Origin: Marine Group II euryarchaeote MED-G35
GTDB taxonomy: Archaea > Thermoplasmatota > Poseidoniia > Poseidoniales > Thalassarchaeaceae
NCBI GenBank assembly: GCA_002457155.1
Contig: NTJS01000002.1
Location: 8,630 to 72,629, forward strand
Direction: 5' to 3'
DNA length: 64,000 nucleotides
Below are positions 36,622 through 44,940 of this stretch, piece after piece. Position numbers and translations under genes: made by a program. The notes beneath the pieces were generated by a model. It saw nothing but the letters and a program-made list of their open reading frames with translations. It ran no database searches and was not told the DNA's origin. Position 1 is the stretch's first letter; every line of letters begins with the position of its first letter.

Positions 36622-37326
36622 TTACTGGCTAGAGCTGGGCAGGAATGGCATCAACTGTGTCGCAAGCGAACTAATGTTTCTCGTTTGTATCCAGACCTTT
36701 CCAGAACCTTGGAAGTCAAGGGTGAAGCCCTCGCCTCCGAACATGAAGGAACCTAGTCCCTTGACCTTGCTGATGTTGTACGACAGTCCCTCTGTGAATG
36801 CAACTACATGGCCGTTATCGATCTTGATGGGTTTGTCAGGAGTAACCTCGATTTCCTTCATGGCCCCATATGAGGTGTAGAAGACTTTGCCCGGGACGTC
36901 TATCGCCTCAGCCCTTAGGAAGAAAGCCCCCTCTCTAGAGAAGAGGGACTTAGCGCCCTGGAACTTCGTCGATACTTCGACGTTTACTTCAGAGGCCATG
37001 TATGCCCCTCCTTGCATGAAGAAAGACTCGCCAGGAGCGAGGTCAAATGTATTGATATCTCCCGGTGCAGATGGAGCCAATGAGATCCAGCCGCCCGTAG
37101 GCCCTGCGGTGTATGTATTGACGAAGAAAGACTCACCACCGACTAGGCTCCTAACCATGCTCTTCATGAATCCTCCAAAGCCCCCTCCGCTGCCCATTCC
37201 TGTCTTCATCTCCATTCCATTCGATTGAGCGACCATGGCTCCCGGCTCGACCTTAATCTGTTCTCCTGGTGAGAGGTTTGCAGTCATCATAGTAAAGGCC
37301 GGATCGAATTCTTTTTCTATTTCCAT
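36622..37326 (-). CDS. AIM24 / DUF124 (TIGR00266) family protein
   Basis: Typical motifs are present: EPGAMVA, GGESFF, GEGFTLDFQGSGKVWIQT. Confidence 0.75.
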   Translation of the reverse strand: MEIEKEFDPAFTMMTANLSPGEQIKVEPGAMVAQSNGMEMKTGMGSGGGFGGFMKSMVRSLVGGESFFVNTYTAGPTGGWISLAPSAPGDINTFDLAPGESFFMQGGAYMASEVNVEVSTKFQGAKSLFSREGAFFLRAEAIDVPGKVFYTSYGAMKEIEVTPDKPIKIDNGHVVAFTEGLSYNISKVKGLGSFMFGGEGFTLDFQGSGKVWIQTRNISSLATQLMPFLPSSSQ

Positions 37327-37434
37327 AGTTACCCACCCAGAAAAACGAATTTAACTATTTGGATTCGCGCCCCCAAAATAATAGTCGGACTAACAACCAC
37401 AAAGAACGAAAAGTCGGCGGTTGGCGGAACTGCC

Positions 37435-38139
37435 ATGGCGACCTTCTCACTGACTTTCAAACCCGGTGATCCCAGGGGTATGTTAGTTGCCGTAGTCTGT
37501 CTGACAATCGTGCTTGTCGTCGACATTTTTACCGTCCCGTTGCACTACGAGCAGTGGCAAACGAAAAACTGGGACAGGACACCGGGTACAGTCGATGACA
37601 TCTACATCTGGGAGGATTGTGGGGGGGAGGATGGTTGCACCTATGGGCTGAAAGTCGATTATAGCTACGAGGTAGATGGAATGGTCTACGAAAGCGACCA
37701 GATTTCATTGGTAGACTGGGAAGACTCGACCGACAGCGGCCTCTGGTGGAAGGAGGACTTCGAGAGAGCCCATCCACGCTTCTCCACCATCGATGTATAC
37801 GTTGACCCAAATAACCCCGGAAGAAGCGTACTAATTACTGGGTTCTCCATAGGATCCGGGGCTATAACAAACATAGCCATCCTATCTTGCTGCAACTTCT
37901 TCCTCCTATTCCTCGGCCTAGGTTCAGCGGGAAATGCAAACGCCAGAATCAGGACCAAGCTGGAGAAGATAGGCTTCGGATTCCCCCAGGCAGATTGGCT
38001 GGAGCACTCAGAGGAACCAGAAGAGCAACCCGAAGGATACTATGGAGAGCATGCTGACGAGAGTTCAGAAACCACCGAGGAGCCATCCGAGGAAGTAGGC
38101 TGGTGGGAAGATGATGATGGCGCCGAGAGAGGGATTTGA
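37435..38139 (+). CDS. DUF3592-like membrane protein with acidic C-terminal tail
   Basis: An N-terminal TM helix is followed by a beta domain (GTVDDIYIWE...YSYEVDGMVYESD...VYVDPNNPGRSVL) and a second TM helix. The last about 20 nt are antisense to the 3' end of tRNA-Ser. Confidence 0.6.
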   Translation: MATFSLTFKPGDPRGMLVAVVCLTIVLVVDIFTVPLHYEQWQTKNWDRTPGTVDDIYIWEDCGGEDGCTYGLKVDYSYEVDGMVYESDQISLVDWEDSTDSGLWWKEDFERAHPRFSTIDVYVDPNNPGRSVLITGFSIGSGAITNIAILSCCNFFLLFLGLGSAGNANARIRTKLEKIGFGFPQADWLEHSEEPEEQPEGYYGEHADESSETTEEPSEEVGWWEDDDGAERGI

Positions 38140-38203
38140 ACCCCCGCGTCCAATGGACAGTGGATTTCGAATCCACCGCAATACCGGGCTATGCGATCTC
38201 GGC
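38121..38203 (-). tRNA. tRNA-Ser (anticodon CGA), long variable arm, CCA encoded (38118-38120)
   Basis: I folded it by hand. The acceptor is GCCGAGA/TCTCGGC and the anticodon arm is GTGGA-TTCGAAA-TCCAC. A variable arm of about 14 nt and a TTCAAAT T-loop are present. Confidence 0.9.
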
Positions 38204-38257
38204 AGCGAAACGGCCACCTGCGAATCAGACATAAGGCTGACCCGGCCCCAGGCAATC

Positions 38258-38458
38258 GTGATTATCCAGATTGAGCATCTCGGCGAGACAACTGAAGTCG
38301 AATCAAAAGACCCGATTTCGGTAAGCGAGGTCCTTGAGAAGATGAGTGTCCCCCCATCCACGGTTCTCGCTGTCCATGGGGATACAATCGTGCCCCATAC
38401 TTCGATAATCAAGAACGACACGAAGCTCGAACTCGTGGTGGTTTCGTCTGGCGGTTGA
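38258..38458 (+). CDS. ThiS/MoaD-family ubiquitin-like small protein ending in Gly-Gly (SAMP/Urm1-like)
   Basis: The product is 66 aa and ends ...LELVVVSSGG directly before the stop. I chose the GTG start at 38258, after the tRNA-Ser gene. Confidence 0.65.
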   Translation: MIIQIEHLGETTEVESKDPISVSEVLEKMSVPPSTVLAVHGDTIVPHTSIIKNDTKLELVVVSSGG

Positions 38459-38484
38459 AAGGCCCACAGACAACTTGACCAGAA

Positions 38485-38595
38485 TTATCGCTGCTTGGCT
38501 CTCTTCCTTGCTGCCTTCCGTCTTCGGAGTTTCTTCTTTCGCCACTTCCAGCGTTGCTTCCCCTGCTTTTTCCAAGCACGGGAACCTCTCTTCAC
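38485..38595 (-). CDS. rpl41e: 50S ribosomal protein L41e (36 aa)
   Basis: It is not a separate entry in the ORF track. Its translation VKRGSRAWKKQGKQRWKWRKKKLRRRKAARKRAKQR matches the archaeal L41e pattern (RWKKKGRMRWKW..KKR.RRLKR). The start is GTG, with a GGAGG about 10 nt upstream. Confidence 0.55.
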   Translation of the reverse strand: MKRGSRAWKKQGKQRWKWRKKKLRRRKAARKRAKQR

Positions 38596-38678
38596 TGTGA
38601 ATCATCCTCCAGTTTGCGAGTCCATCCGACCTGCCTCGCGTATATGAGAGATTCGTGATACCTGCCTAGAGTAGGTGG

Positions 38679-38752
38679 TGGGCAATACAGGATTCGAACC
38701 CGTGTCACCGGCTTAGAAGGCCAGCATGATATCCAGACTACACCAATCGCCC
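38679..38752 (-). tRNA. tRNA-Arg (anticodon TCT), CCA encoded (38676-38678)
   Basis: I folded it by hand. The acceptor is GGGCGAT/ATTGCCC, the anticodon arm is CTGGC-CTTCTAA-GCCGG, and the T arm is ACGGG-TTCGAAT-CCTGT. Confidence 0.85.
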
Positions 38753-38787
38753 TTGACCCCCTGCGGGAGCCTCACTTAGATGAACCC

Positions 38788-39273
38788 TCACTTCGCCTCA
38801 AACCTGCTTGCACACTTAGGGCACCTTGTCGGCCTAGTCACCCTCCGCCTTTCCCATGCGTGTCCGCACTTGCCGCAGATCCATTGCCCCTCGGGAAGGC
38901 CTTCCAGAACCTGCTCACGCAGCCTCATCAGTACCGGCGAGTCCCTAAGTTTGGGAGCAGGTGCGATCTTGCCAACTATCCGTGCATGCAAATCATCGTG
39001 ATCCAGTAAACCGGCAGCGTGTAGAAGCTCATGCGCAAGGGTGTGCCGGAAAAGTGCCGGGTCATCTGACAGTATTGGGTTCAGGGCAATTGTCACTGGA
39101 CCAGGGGGGACGCCAAGCCTGCGCCTTCGGTATATTTCGTTGTGGTCGCACTCGAATCTTGTGAATCCCAACCTCGACTCACCAGCATCTAGCCACTTAA
39201 GTTCCAAGTCCCTTTCTAGGCTACTGGCGAAAGGCGCATCCTTTCCCTCCAACTCTCCGGACAGCTCTTCCAT
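38788..39273 (-). CDS. SprT-like zinc metalloprotease with C-terminal zinc ribbon
   Basis: An HExxH motif (TLAHELLHAAG) is followed by CGKCGH...CPKC. I chose the ATG at 39273, because the track ORF continues through tRNA-Ala. Confidence 0.65.
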   Translation of the reverse strand: MEELSGELEGKDAPFASSLERDLELKWLDAGESRLGFTRFECDHNEIYRRRRLGVPPGPVTIALNPILSDDPALFRHTLAHELLHAAGLLDHDDLHARIVGKIAPAPKLRDSPVLMRLREQVLEGLPEGQWICGKCGHAWERRRVTRPTRCPKCASRFEAK

Positions 39274-39378
39274 CAGTCCTTCTGGAATCTGGGGGGCGCT
39301 TCCGCCCTTGCCCTCGGGTGACACATTATCCTCTGCCTCAGTCCTCCTTAAATGGGCGTCGCAGTTCGTCAGGCCACT

Positions 39379-39452
39379 GGGCGTGTGGCGCAGCTTGGAA
39401 GCGCGCTTCCTTGGCATGGAAGAGGCCCCGAGTTCAAATCTCGGCACGTCCA
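39379..39452 (+). tRNA. tRNA-Ala (anticodon GGC), CCA encoded (39453-39455)
   Basis: I folded it by hand. The acceptor GGGCGTG/CACGTCC contains the G3:U70 alanine identity pair. The anticodon arm is CTTCC-TTGGCAT-GGAAG. Confidence 0.9.
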
Positions 39453-39590
39453 CCACCAAATTCCGATTAAGCGAAATAGATCCACATGACCCCGCTATCG
39501 GAACTAAAATGGCCTTTTCGTCCATCAGAATGGCCAAAATTGCAGTTTTTTAGGGTGATACTAAATACACACCATAGCCTCAATGGGACG

Positions 39591-41855
39591 ATGAAGGCTA
39601 AAGCGAATGCTCTTCTATTATGCACACTGATGATTGCATCAGCCCTGGCGGGATGCGCTGGGGAGGATGTGGAAAGGACGCTGACACAAGCTGACTGCGA
39701 CGCAATCGGAGACGGTTACACGCTAGACAGCGGCAACAACGCATGCGTCACAACCGAAACCGTGACTGAGACCGTGACTGAGACCGTCACCGAGACCGTG
39801 ATCGAGACACTGGTTAGGGGCTGCACAGATTCAGCCGCAAACAACCACGACTCCGCAGCGGAACTGGATGACGGCTCCTGTGACTACGGGCGCGCGCAGG
39901 CCGACATAATGGCTGACTACGCGGCTGACACAATCGACTTCTCTCAGGCTCTATACGAGCTTGAGGTTTCGAGGAAGTGCCGTGAGCAGGGTTCGAACAA
40001 CCCATGCGAGATCGTCGAGATGTCCATTGGGGACGCTTCGACAATCGACCCAGGCGATGCATACGACTCCGCATCTGGAGACGTTATCGAGCAGGTCTAC
40101 GACACTCTGTACAGGTACGCCGGTGACGGCAGCGGGAACGCTATTATCGAGCCAAGGCTCGCTACTGGTTATTCCGTCAGCTCAGACGGACTGACGTACA
40201 CCTTCACTCTACGTGACGATGTGCACTTCAGCAACGGCGACAAGATGGAAGCCTCAGATGTCGTTTACTCGTGGTGCAGGGTCATTGGATACGCAGGACC
40301 TGCGAGCCACGTAAACTGGATCCTAGACCAGTCATTCAACTGCAACGATGCAGACGGAAACCACGATGACAACGGCGGACTAAACCTGACGGCGATTGAC
40401 GCCACCTCTTTCTCAGTGACCTTGAAAGCACCATCGTCCGCGTTCATATCCACCATTGCCTACACCGTGGGCGCTGTGATCAACGCTGACCTGTGCGAGG
40501 CCAACAGGGTAGTCGAGCTCGATGCTAATGGCACCGTGACATCAGACGACTACTGCCACGCATGGTTGGACGAGGGACCATTCGGAGCCGGTACCAACGC
40601 ATACCTGGTCCAGTCATGGGTCCGTGAGGACAGGATCGTCCTAACCCCCAACTGGATGTACTGGGAGTCTGGAGACTACAACATCAACAGGCACACCATG
40701 ACCATCGTTACCGAGGCATCAACGAGGCTACTTGCATACACCGACGGAGAGGTAGACTTCGGAAGCATCAACATCGAGGATCTGATCAACTTCTGCTACA
40801 TCGACGAGAACGGCAACGGAGCAATGGACGCAGGAGAGGACGACGCCCTTGACGACAAGCCGAACGTGGCTAGCAAGGCCGGCCACATCTGCACCTACAG
40901 GGAGACTTTCACAACGACCCTGTCGGCATTCAACCTCAACCCGAAGGTTCTGGACGCAGGAGAGGACACCAGCAACACGGACGCAAACTCGTCCCTGGTG
41001 CTGAACCACGACTGCAGTGACGACGGAGTTTCCGAGAACGATTGCAACGTCATGGCAACAGCAGCCCTGAGGGAGGCAATCTCCTACGCGTTCGACTACG
41101 ACACGCACCGAAGGGTCACCTACGACAACTCCCTGGCGCCTCAGTACGGGCCGATCCCAACCGGATTCCTGTACGCGGGAACCCAGTACGAGGTCTTCAC
41201 ATACGACTTGGCTAACGCCGAGGCAATCCTGGAGAACGCCGGATTCATCCGCCAGTACGACTGCTCTTCGTTGTCTCACGGTGGAGCACCCACTGTGGTC
41301 GCAGTAGCAGACAGGGACGGCACCGAGTGCCGCCTACCCAACGTCCTGCGCGTGATGGCAAACGAGGGCAACGACTACCGAATTGCCATGGCCGGACAGC
41401 TTGAGGAGGCCCTAGGGACGATCGGAGTTGCAACTTCCGGTGACGCAAAGTCCTGGCCAGAGTACCTCACGATGTACTACACCAGGACCTGGGACATCCG
41501 CTTCAGCGGATGGGCCCCTGACTACCTGGACCCAGACAACTACTGGTCGCCATTCGCAGGCAGCCATGACATCGGCGGTGACGCATATGGTACGGGATAC
41601 CACAACGACGTCGTGGATACGCACCTGCTAACCGGCAGGACGTCCCAGGACGACGCCACGCGCGAGCAGGCGTACATCGATGCCTTCGCGGCATGGGTGC
41701 AGGACCCCAACATGATCATCATCGGTCAGTACAACGGAATCGGCGTCAAGCACGACGACATCTGCTCTCCTGACTGGGTGGCCATCGGGTCCGCTCACTG
41801 GTTCGACTACGACAAGCTGCCAGAAGTTGACGGCGCACTAGTCGGAACCTGCTAG
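39591..41855 (+). CDS. ABC transporter substrate-binding lipoprotein, family 5 (peptide/nickel, OppA/DppA-like)
   Basis: The signal peptide has a lipobox (LAGCAGE). A Thr/Glu/Val linker is followed by a family-5 SBP core (IVEMSIGDASTIDPGDAYDSASGDVIEQVYDTLY). I chose the ATG at 39591. Confidence 0.85.
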   Translation: MKAKANALLLCTLMIASALAGCAGEDVERTLTQADCDAIGDGYTLDSGNNACVTTETVTETVTETVTETVIETLVRGCTDSAANNHDSAAELDDGSCDYGRAQADIMADYAADTIDFSQALYELEVSRKCREQGSNNPCEIVEMSIGDASTIDPGDAYDSASGDVIEQVYDTLYRYAGDGSGNAIIEPRLATGYSVSSDGLTYTFTLRDDVHFSNGDKMEASDVVYSWCRVIGYAGPASHVNWILDQSFNCNDADGNHDDNGGLNLTAIDATSFSVTLKAPSSAFISTIAYTVGAVINADLCEANRVVELDANGTVTSDDYCHAWLDEGPFGAGTNAYLVQSWVREDRIVLTPNWMYWESGDYNINRHTMTIVTEASTRLLAYTDGEVDFGSINIEDLINFCYIDENGNGAMDAGEDDALDDKPNVASKAGHICTYRETFTTTLSAFNLNPKVLDAGEDTSNTDANSSLVLNHDCSDDGVSENDCNVMATAALREAISYAFDYDTHRRVTYDNSLAPQYGPIPTGFLYAGTQYEVFTYDLANAEAILENAGFIRQYDCSSLSHGGAPTVVAVADRDGTECRLPNVLRVMANEGNDYRIAMAGQLEEALGTIGVATSGDAKSWPEYLTMYYTRTWDIRFSGWAPDYLDPDNYWSPFAGSHDIGGDAYGTGYHNDVVDTHLLTGRTSQDDATREQAYIDAFAAWVQDPNMIIIGQYNGIGVKHDDICSPDWVAIGSAHWFDYDKLPEVDGALVGTC
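39753..39809 (+). repeat. 12-nt in-frame tandem repeat (about 4.5 copies of ACCGTGACTGAG) encoding (TETV)n
   Basis: I read it directly: ACC GAA ACC GTG ACT GAG ACC GTG ACT GAG ACC GTC ACC GAG ACC GTG ATC GAG ACA. Confidence 0.9.
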
Positions 41856-41880
41856 AGAACCTGCAGTAAGAACGTAAGGC

Positions 41881-41913
41881 CGGCGGCAGGCCCCTCTGAG
41901 GGGTCTGCCGTCG
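41881..41913 (+). other. GC-rich stem-loop (14-bp stem with 2 G:U pairs, 5-nt loop) between the SBP and permease genes
   Basis: CGGCGGCAGGCCCC-TCTGA-GGGGTCTGCCGTCG, paired by hand. It lies 26 nt after the SBP stop. Confidence 0.5.
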
Positions 41914-42003
41914 AGCCGAAAATATCAGAATCGAAATCCAGTTTACAACTGGCCGTGCGGTAACTGTCATAGGTCTCCTACCGGACCGGCTCCGAGGACT
42001 GTC

Positions 42004-43158
42004 ATGAGGCTGCACGAGTTCGTCGTCCGCCGGGTCTTGCTTCTCATCCCGGTCATGATTGGCGTCGCAGTCTTCACCTTCGCAGTGGCGCAAATAATCC
42101 CCGGCGACCCAGCCGCTCTCCAATGCGGTGACAAATGCGGACTTATTGTCGGATACGACGACGATGGAAAACCAATCACGGCACACCAAGCTAATCGCGA
42201 GAGGCTGAGGCTGGATGATCCAGTCAGCCTGCAGTTTGAGAGGTACATTACCGACCTAATCAACGGAGACTGGGGAGAGTCACAGAAAAACGGCCGACCT
42301 GTCATTGACATAATCAAGACCTCCGCACCGGTAACGCTCGAGATGGCCTTCTTCTCTCTCATGATTGCCTACCCATTGGGAATCTTCCTGGGCATTATCA
42401 GCGCCGTGAGACAGGACAGGATGTTCGACCACGTCTCTCGGTTCTTCGCCATCGCATTCGTCAGCCTCCCCATCTTCTGGTTCGCCATGCTCCTGCAGCT
42501 CTACTTCGCAACAGGACCTCAAGTGGGGGGAATATGCGACCCGATATTCGGCACGGAAGGAGGGTGCTTCCCTATATTCGACAGGCATGACCAGAGCTAC
42601 ACGTATCCCTTGGATGGATACCACTCACTCTACCCAGAATCAGGTACTGGATTCCATCTGATAGACAGTTGGTTCGTGACTGATGCGAAGTTAGCAGAAT
42701 TGCCCTCCGAGTTCGACACTAATCGAGAGTTGTTCATGGATACGTTGATCCATCTGGTGCTACCATGCTCCGCCCTCGGGATAGCATCCTCTGGCTCGCT
42801 ACTCAGGTACATGCGAGCCAGCCTTCTGGAGGTGCTCCACGAGGATTACGTCAGAACTGCAAGGGCCAAGGGGCTCTCGGAGTTCAGGGTCGTGGTCGTG
42901 CACGCATGCAGGAACGCCATGGTTCCCATTGTCACCATCCTGGGATTCTCCATAGGGGGTGCGATTGGGGGGGCGGTGCTGACCGAGTCAGTTTTCGGCA
43001 TCCACGGCATGGGAACTGTGGCCGTCTTGGGAATCCTGCAACTGGAATATCAAATCGTCATGGGAGTAACCTTACTCACTTCAGTGATCTTCCTTCTGTC
43101 TAATCTGATAGTGGACATCGCCTATGCAATTGTGGACCCGAGGGTGAGGCTAGAATGA
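42004..43158 (+). CDS. ABC transporter permease (OppB/DppB-like)
   Basis: The N-terminus is VVRRVLLLIPVMIGVAVFTFAVAQIIPGDPA, and the EAA-loop region is DYVRTARAKGLSE. Confidence 0.85.
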   Translation: MRLHEFVVRRVLLLIPVMIGVAVFTFAVAQIIPGDPAALQCGDKCGLIVGYDDDGKPITAHQANRERLRLDDPVSLQFERYITDLINGDWGESQKNGRPVIDIIKTSAPVTLEMAFFSLMIAYPLGIFLGIISAVRQDRMFDHVSRFFAIAFVSLPIFWFAMLLQLYFATGPQVGGICDPIFGTEGGCFPIFDRHDQSYTYPLDGYHSLYPESGTGFHLIDSWFVTDAKLAELPSEFDTNRELFMDTLIHLVLPCSALGIASSGSLLRYMRASLLEVLHEDYVRTARAKGLSEFRVVVVHACRNAMVPIVTILGFSIGGAIGGAVLTESVFGIHGMGTVAVLGILQLEYQIVMGVTLLTSVIFLLSNLIVDIAYAIVDPRVRLE

Positions 43159-44924
43159 GAGATTGGGAAGAAGGTCGAAAAGACCGAGAAGAGAGTCAGA
43201 AGAGACTCTTGGAATCTCTGTCCATGTCCATCAGCAACCTCGGTCGAGGATGGAAGATATACCGTCGTTCACTACTAGCCATGCTCGGTCTACTGATGGT
43301 TTTGTCAGTCTCCATGGTCGCCATCTTCGCTGATGAAATAGCGGTCCAGCACCCATACAGGAATCTGACTGATACCGAGGACAAGTGGTCGAATAACCCT
43401 GACCAACAAGAGTCTCCCCCGTTCTCAGAGGAGTGCTCATTGCGCGAGCAGAAGATTACCACCAACCCTAGCTCCCCTCTATTCTCTGAGACCGTTGTGG
43501 CAGAGTCTGTAAACAAAGTCAGTGGCTCTATTGCCTATGGATACTACACGGATGTCCTTTCTATTACCGAGATCATCAAGATAGAGAATGATCGCGGCTA
43601 TGACCAAGACATTTCCCTAATCACGATTGATCCGGACAACTCCTCCCTTTTCGTGCTCTCTCCAGACTTGTATGGCAACTCCTCCCATTACACCGGCGTG
43701 TGGGTGACCTACCTGTACGAAAACGAGGACATGAGCCACTGGTGGTTACCTGAGGGATATGACACGTGCATCTTCGGAACCAACAAAGAAGGGCACGACG
43801 TGTTCAGCAAGGTGGTGTACGGGGCCCGAGTATCCCTCACCATCGGAATTACCGTGGCCACTCTAACCGTCACCATCGGGACCATCGTCGGAAGCATCAG
43901 CGGCTACTACGGGGGGAGGATCGACGAGGTGATAATGAGGATATGCGACGTTTTCTTCGCAATCCCCGGACTAATCCTCGCGATGGCGTTCGTGGCTGCA
44001 ATGCGGTCGGTCTCAAGCCTGACCTTTCCCGTTTGGTTGGGCATCCTCCTACCGGTCCTCATGCTGGCCTACTTCCTGAATTCCCATCTCTCCACAACCG
44101 TTCTGTCGGGTGATGAACGGGTCAGCGACCAAGCAATGGGGATGCTGATGGGGAACAGGTCCCTTCTGGTGGGCCTATTGGCCTTCCTTTTCTTCGTCGG
44201 GTGGCTCCCTGCGTTTGCATGGCCTGATTTCTTCGGGGTCTCTCACAGCAGGGGGTGGCGACTAATCTCCTCCTTGGTTGTGATCGTTCTTCTAGTGGGG
44301 ATAATTCTGGCAGATAGGAGGTTCGTGCAGAAAAATAGCTTGGACGGGGCTCTGACGAGGATCGGTTCATCGTTCGACTGGACCAATCCCTGGAGATACC
44401 TCAACTTCAGGACTGTCGTAGTCTTCCTATCCATGGCCATCCTGTTCAAACTATCTGGAAACGAGGGGCCAGAAATCGTACTAATCAAGGACTTCGACAA
44501 ACTATGGCAGGTGCAGTTCGCTCTGATATTCACCGGCTGGCCCGGGTATGCTAGGCTGATACGCGGGCAGGTCCTATACGTCAAGGAGATGGCTTTCGTC
44601 GAGGCAGCCAAGAGCGTTGGGGCACCTCCTAGCAGGATAATGTTCAGACACATCCTCCCCAATGCTTGGGCACCTCTACTCGTTGCCTTCACCTTGGATA
44701 TCGGCGGGACCATCCTATCCGCATCCGGGCTATCCTTCCTCGGTTTGGGGGCAGCACCGTATACGGCAGAGTGGGGGCTGATGATATCCGAGAGCAGGGT
44801 CGCTTTCCAACGAGCCCCCCATATGATGTTATATCCGGGCTTAGCGATAGCCGTGACGGTACTTGGTTTCAACCTACTTGGGGACGGCATTAGGGACGTG
44901 GTTGACCCGAAGAATAGGAGGTGA
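43155..44924 (+). CDS. ABC transporter permease (OppC/DppC-like) with large extracytoplasmic N-terminal loop and about 160-aa hydrophobic insertion
   Basis: Core motifs are GTNKEGHDVFSKVVYGARVSL, GYYGGRIDEVIMRICDVFFAIP, GWPGYARLIRG and FVEAAKSVGA. The protein is 589 aa, whereas I remember typical OppC being about 300 aa. It overlaps the upstream permease in an ATGA. Confidence 0.8.
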   Translation: MRDWEEGRKDREESQKRLLESLSMSISNLGRGWKIYRRSLLAMLGLLMVLSVSMVAIFADEIAVQHPYRNLTDTEDKWSNNPDQQESPPFSEECSLREQKITTNPSSPLFSETVVAESVNKVSGSIAYGYYTDVLSITEIIKIENDRGYDQDISLITIDPDNSSLFVLSPDLYGNSSHYTGVWVTYLYENEDMSHWWLPEGYDTCIFGTNKEGHDVFSKVVYGARVSLTIGITVATLTVTIGTIVGSISGYYGGRIDEVIMRICDVFFAIPGLILAMAFVAAMRSVSSLTFPVWLGILLPVLMLAYFLNSHLSTTVLSGDERVSDQAMGMLMGNRSLLVGLLAFLFFVGWLPAFAWPDFFGVSHSRGWRLISSLVVIVLLVGIILADRRFVQKNSLDGALTRIGSSFDWTNPWRYLNFRTVVVFLSMAILFKLSGNEGPEIVLIKDFDKLWQVQFALIFTGWPGYARLIRGQVLYVKEMAFVEAAKSVGAPPSRIMFRHILPNAWAPLLVAFTLDIGGTILSASGLSFLGLGAAPYTAEWGLMISESRVAFQRAPHMMLYPGLAIAVTVLGFNLLGDGIRDVVDPKNRR

Positions 44925-44940
44925 TTGGATAGCTAGAGAA

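Noticed and set aside
30968-38203. Possible integrated element bounded by tRNA-Val and tRNA-Ser
   Set aside because: The interval contains housekeeping genes (deoC, serC, pdxT). I saw no integrase or recombinase, and no direct repeat of either tRNA 3' end within the window.
38111-38257. N-terminal half of the 115-aa ORF 38111..38458
   Set aside because: It overlaps tRNA-Ser. Only the last 66 codons look like a ThiS/MoaD Ubl.
38303-38605. 100-aa minus-strand ORF
   Set aside because: It overlaps the Ubl gene antisense and has no recognisable features. The same DNA encodes an L41e-like peptide in a different frame.
39274-39537. Upstream extension of the SprT-like ORF (track 38788..39537)
   Set aside because: The extension reads straight through tRNA-Ala on the opposite strand (peptide VVDVPRFELGASSMPRKRASKL is the tRNA antisense). 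I used the start at 39273 instead.
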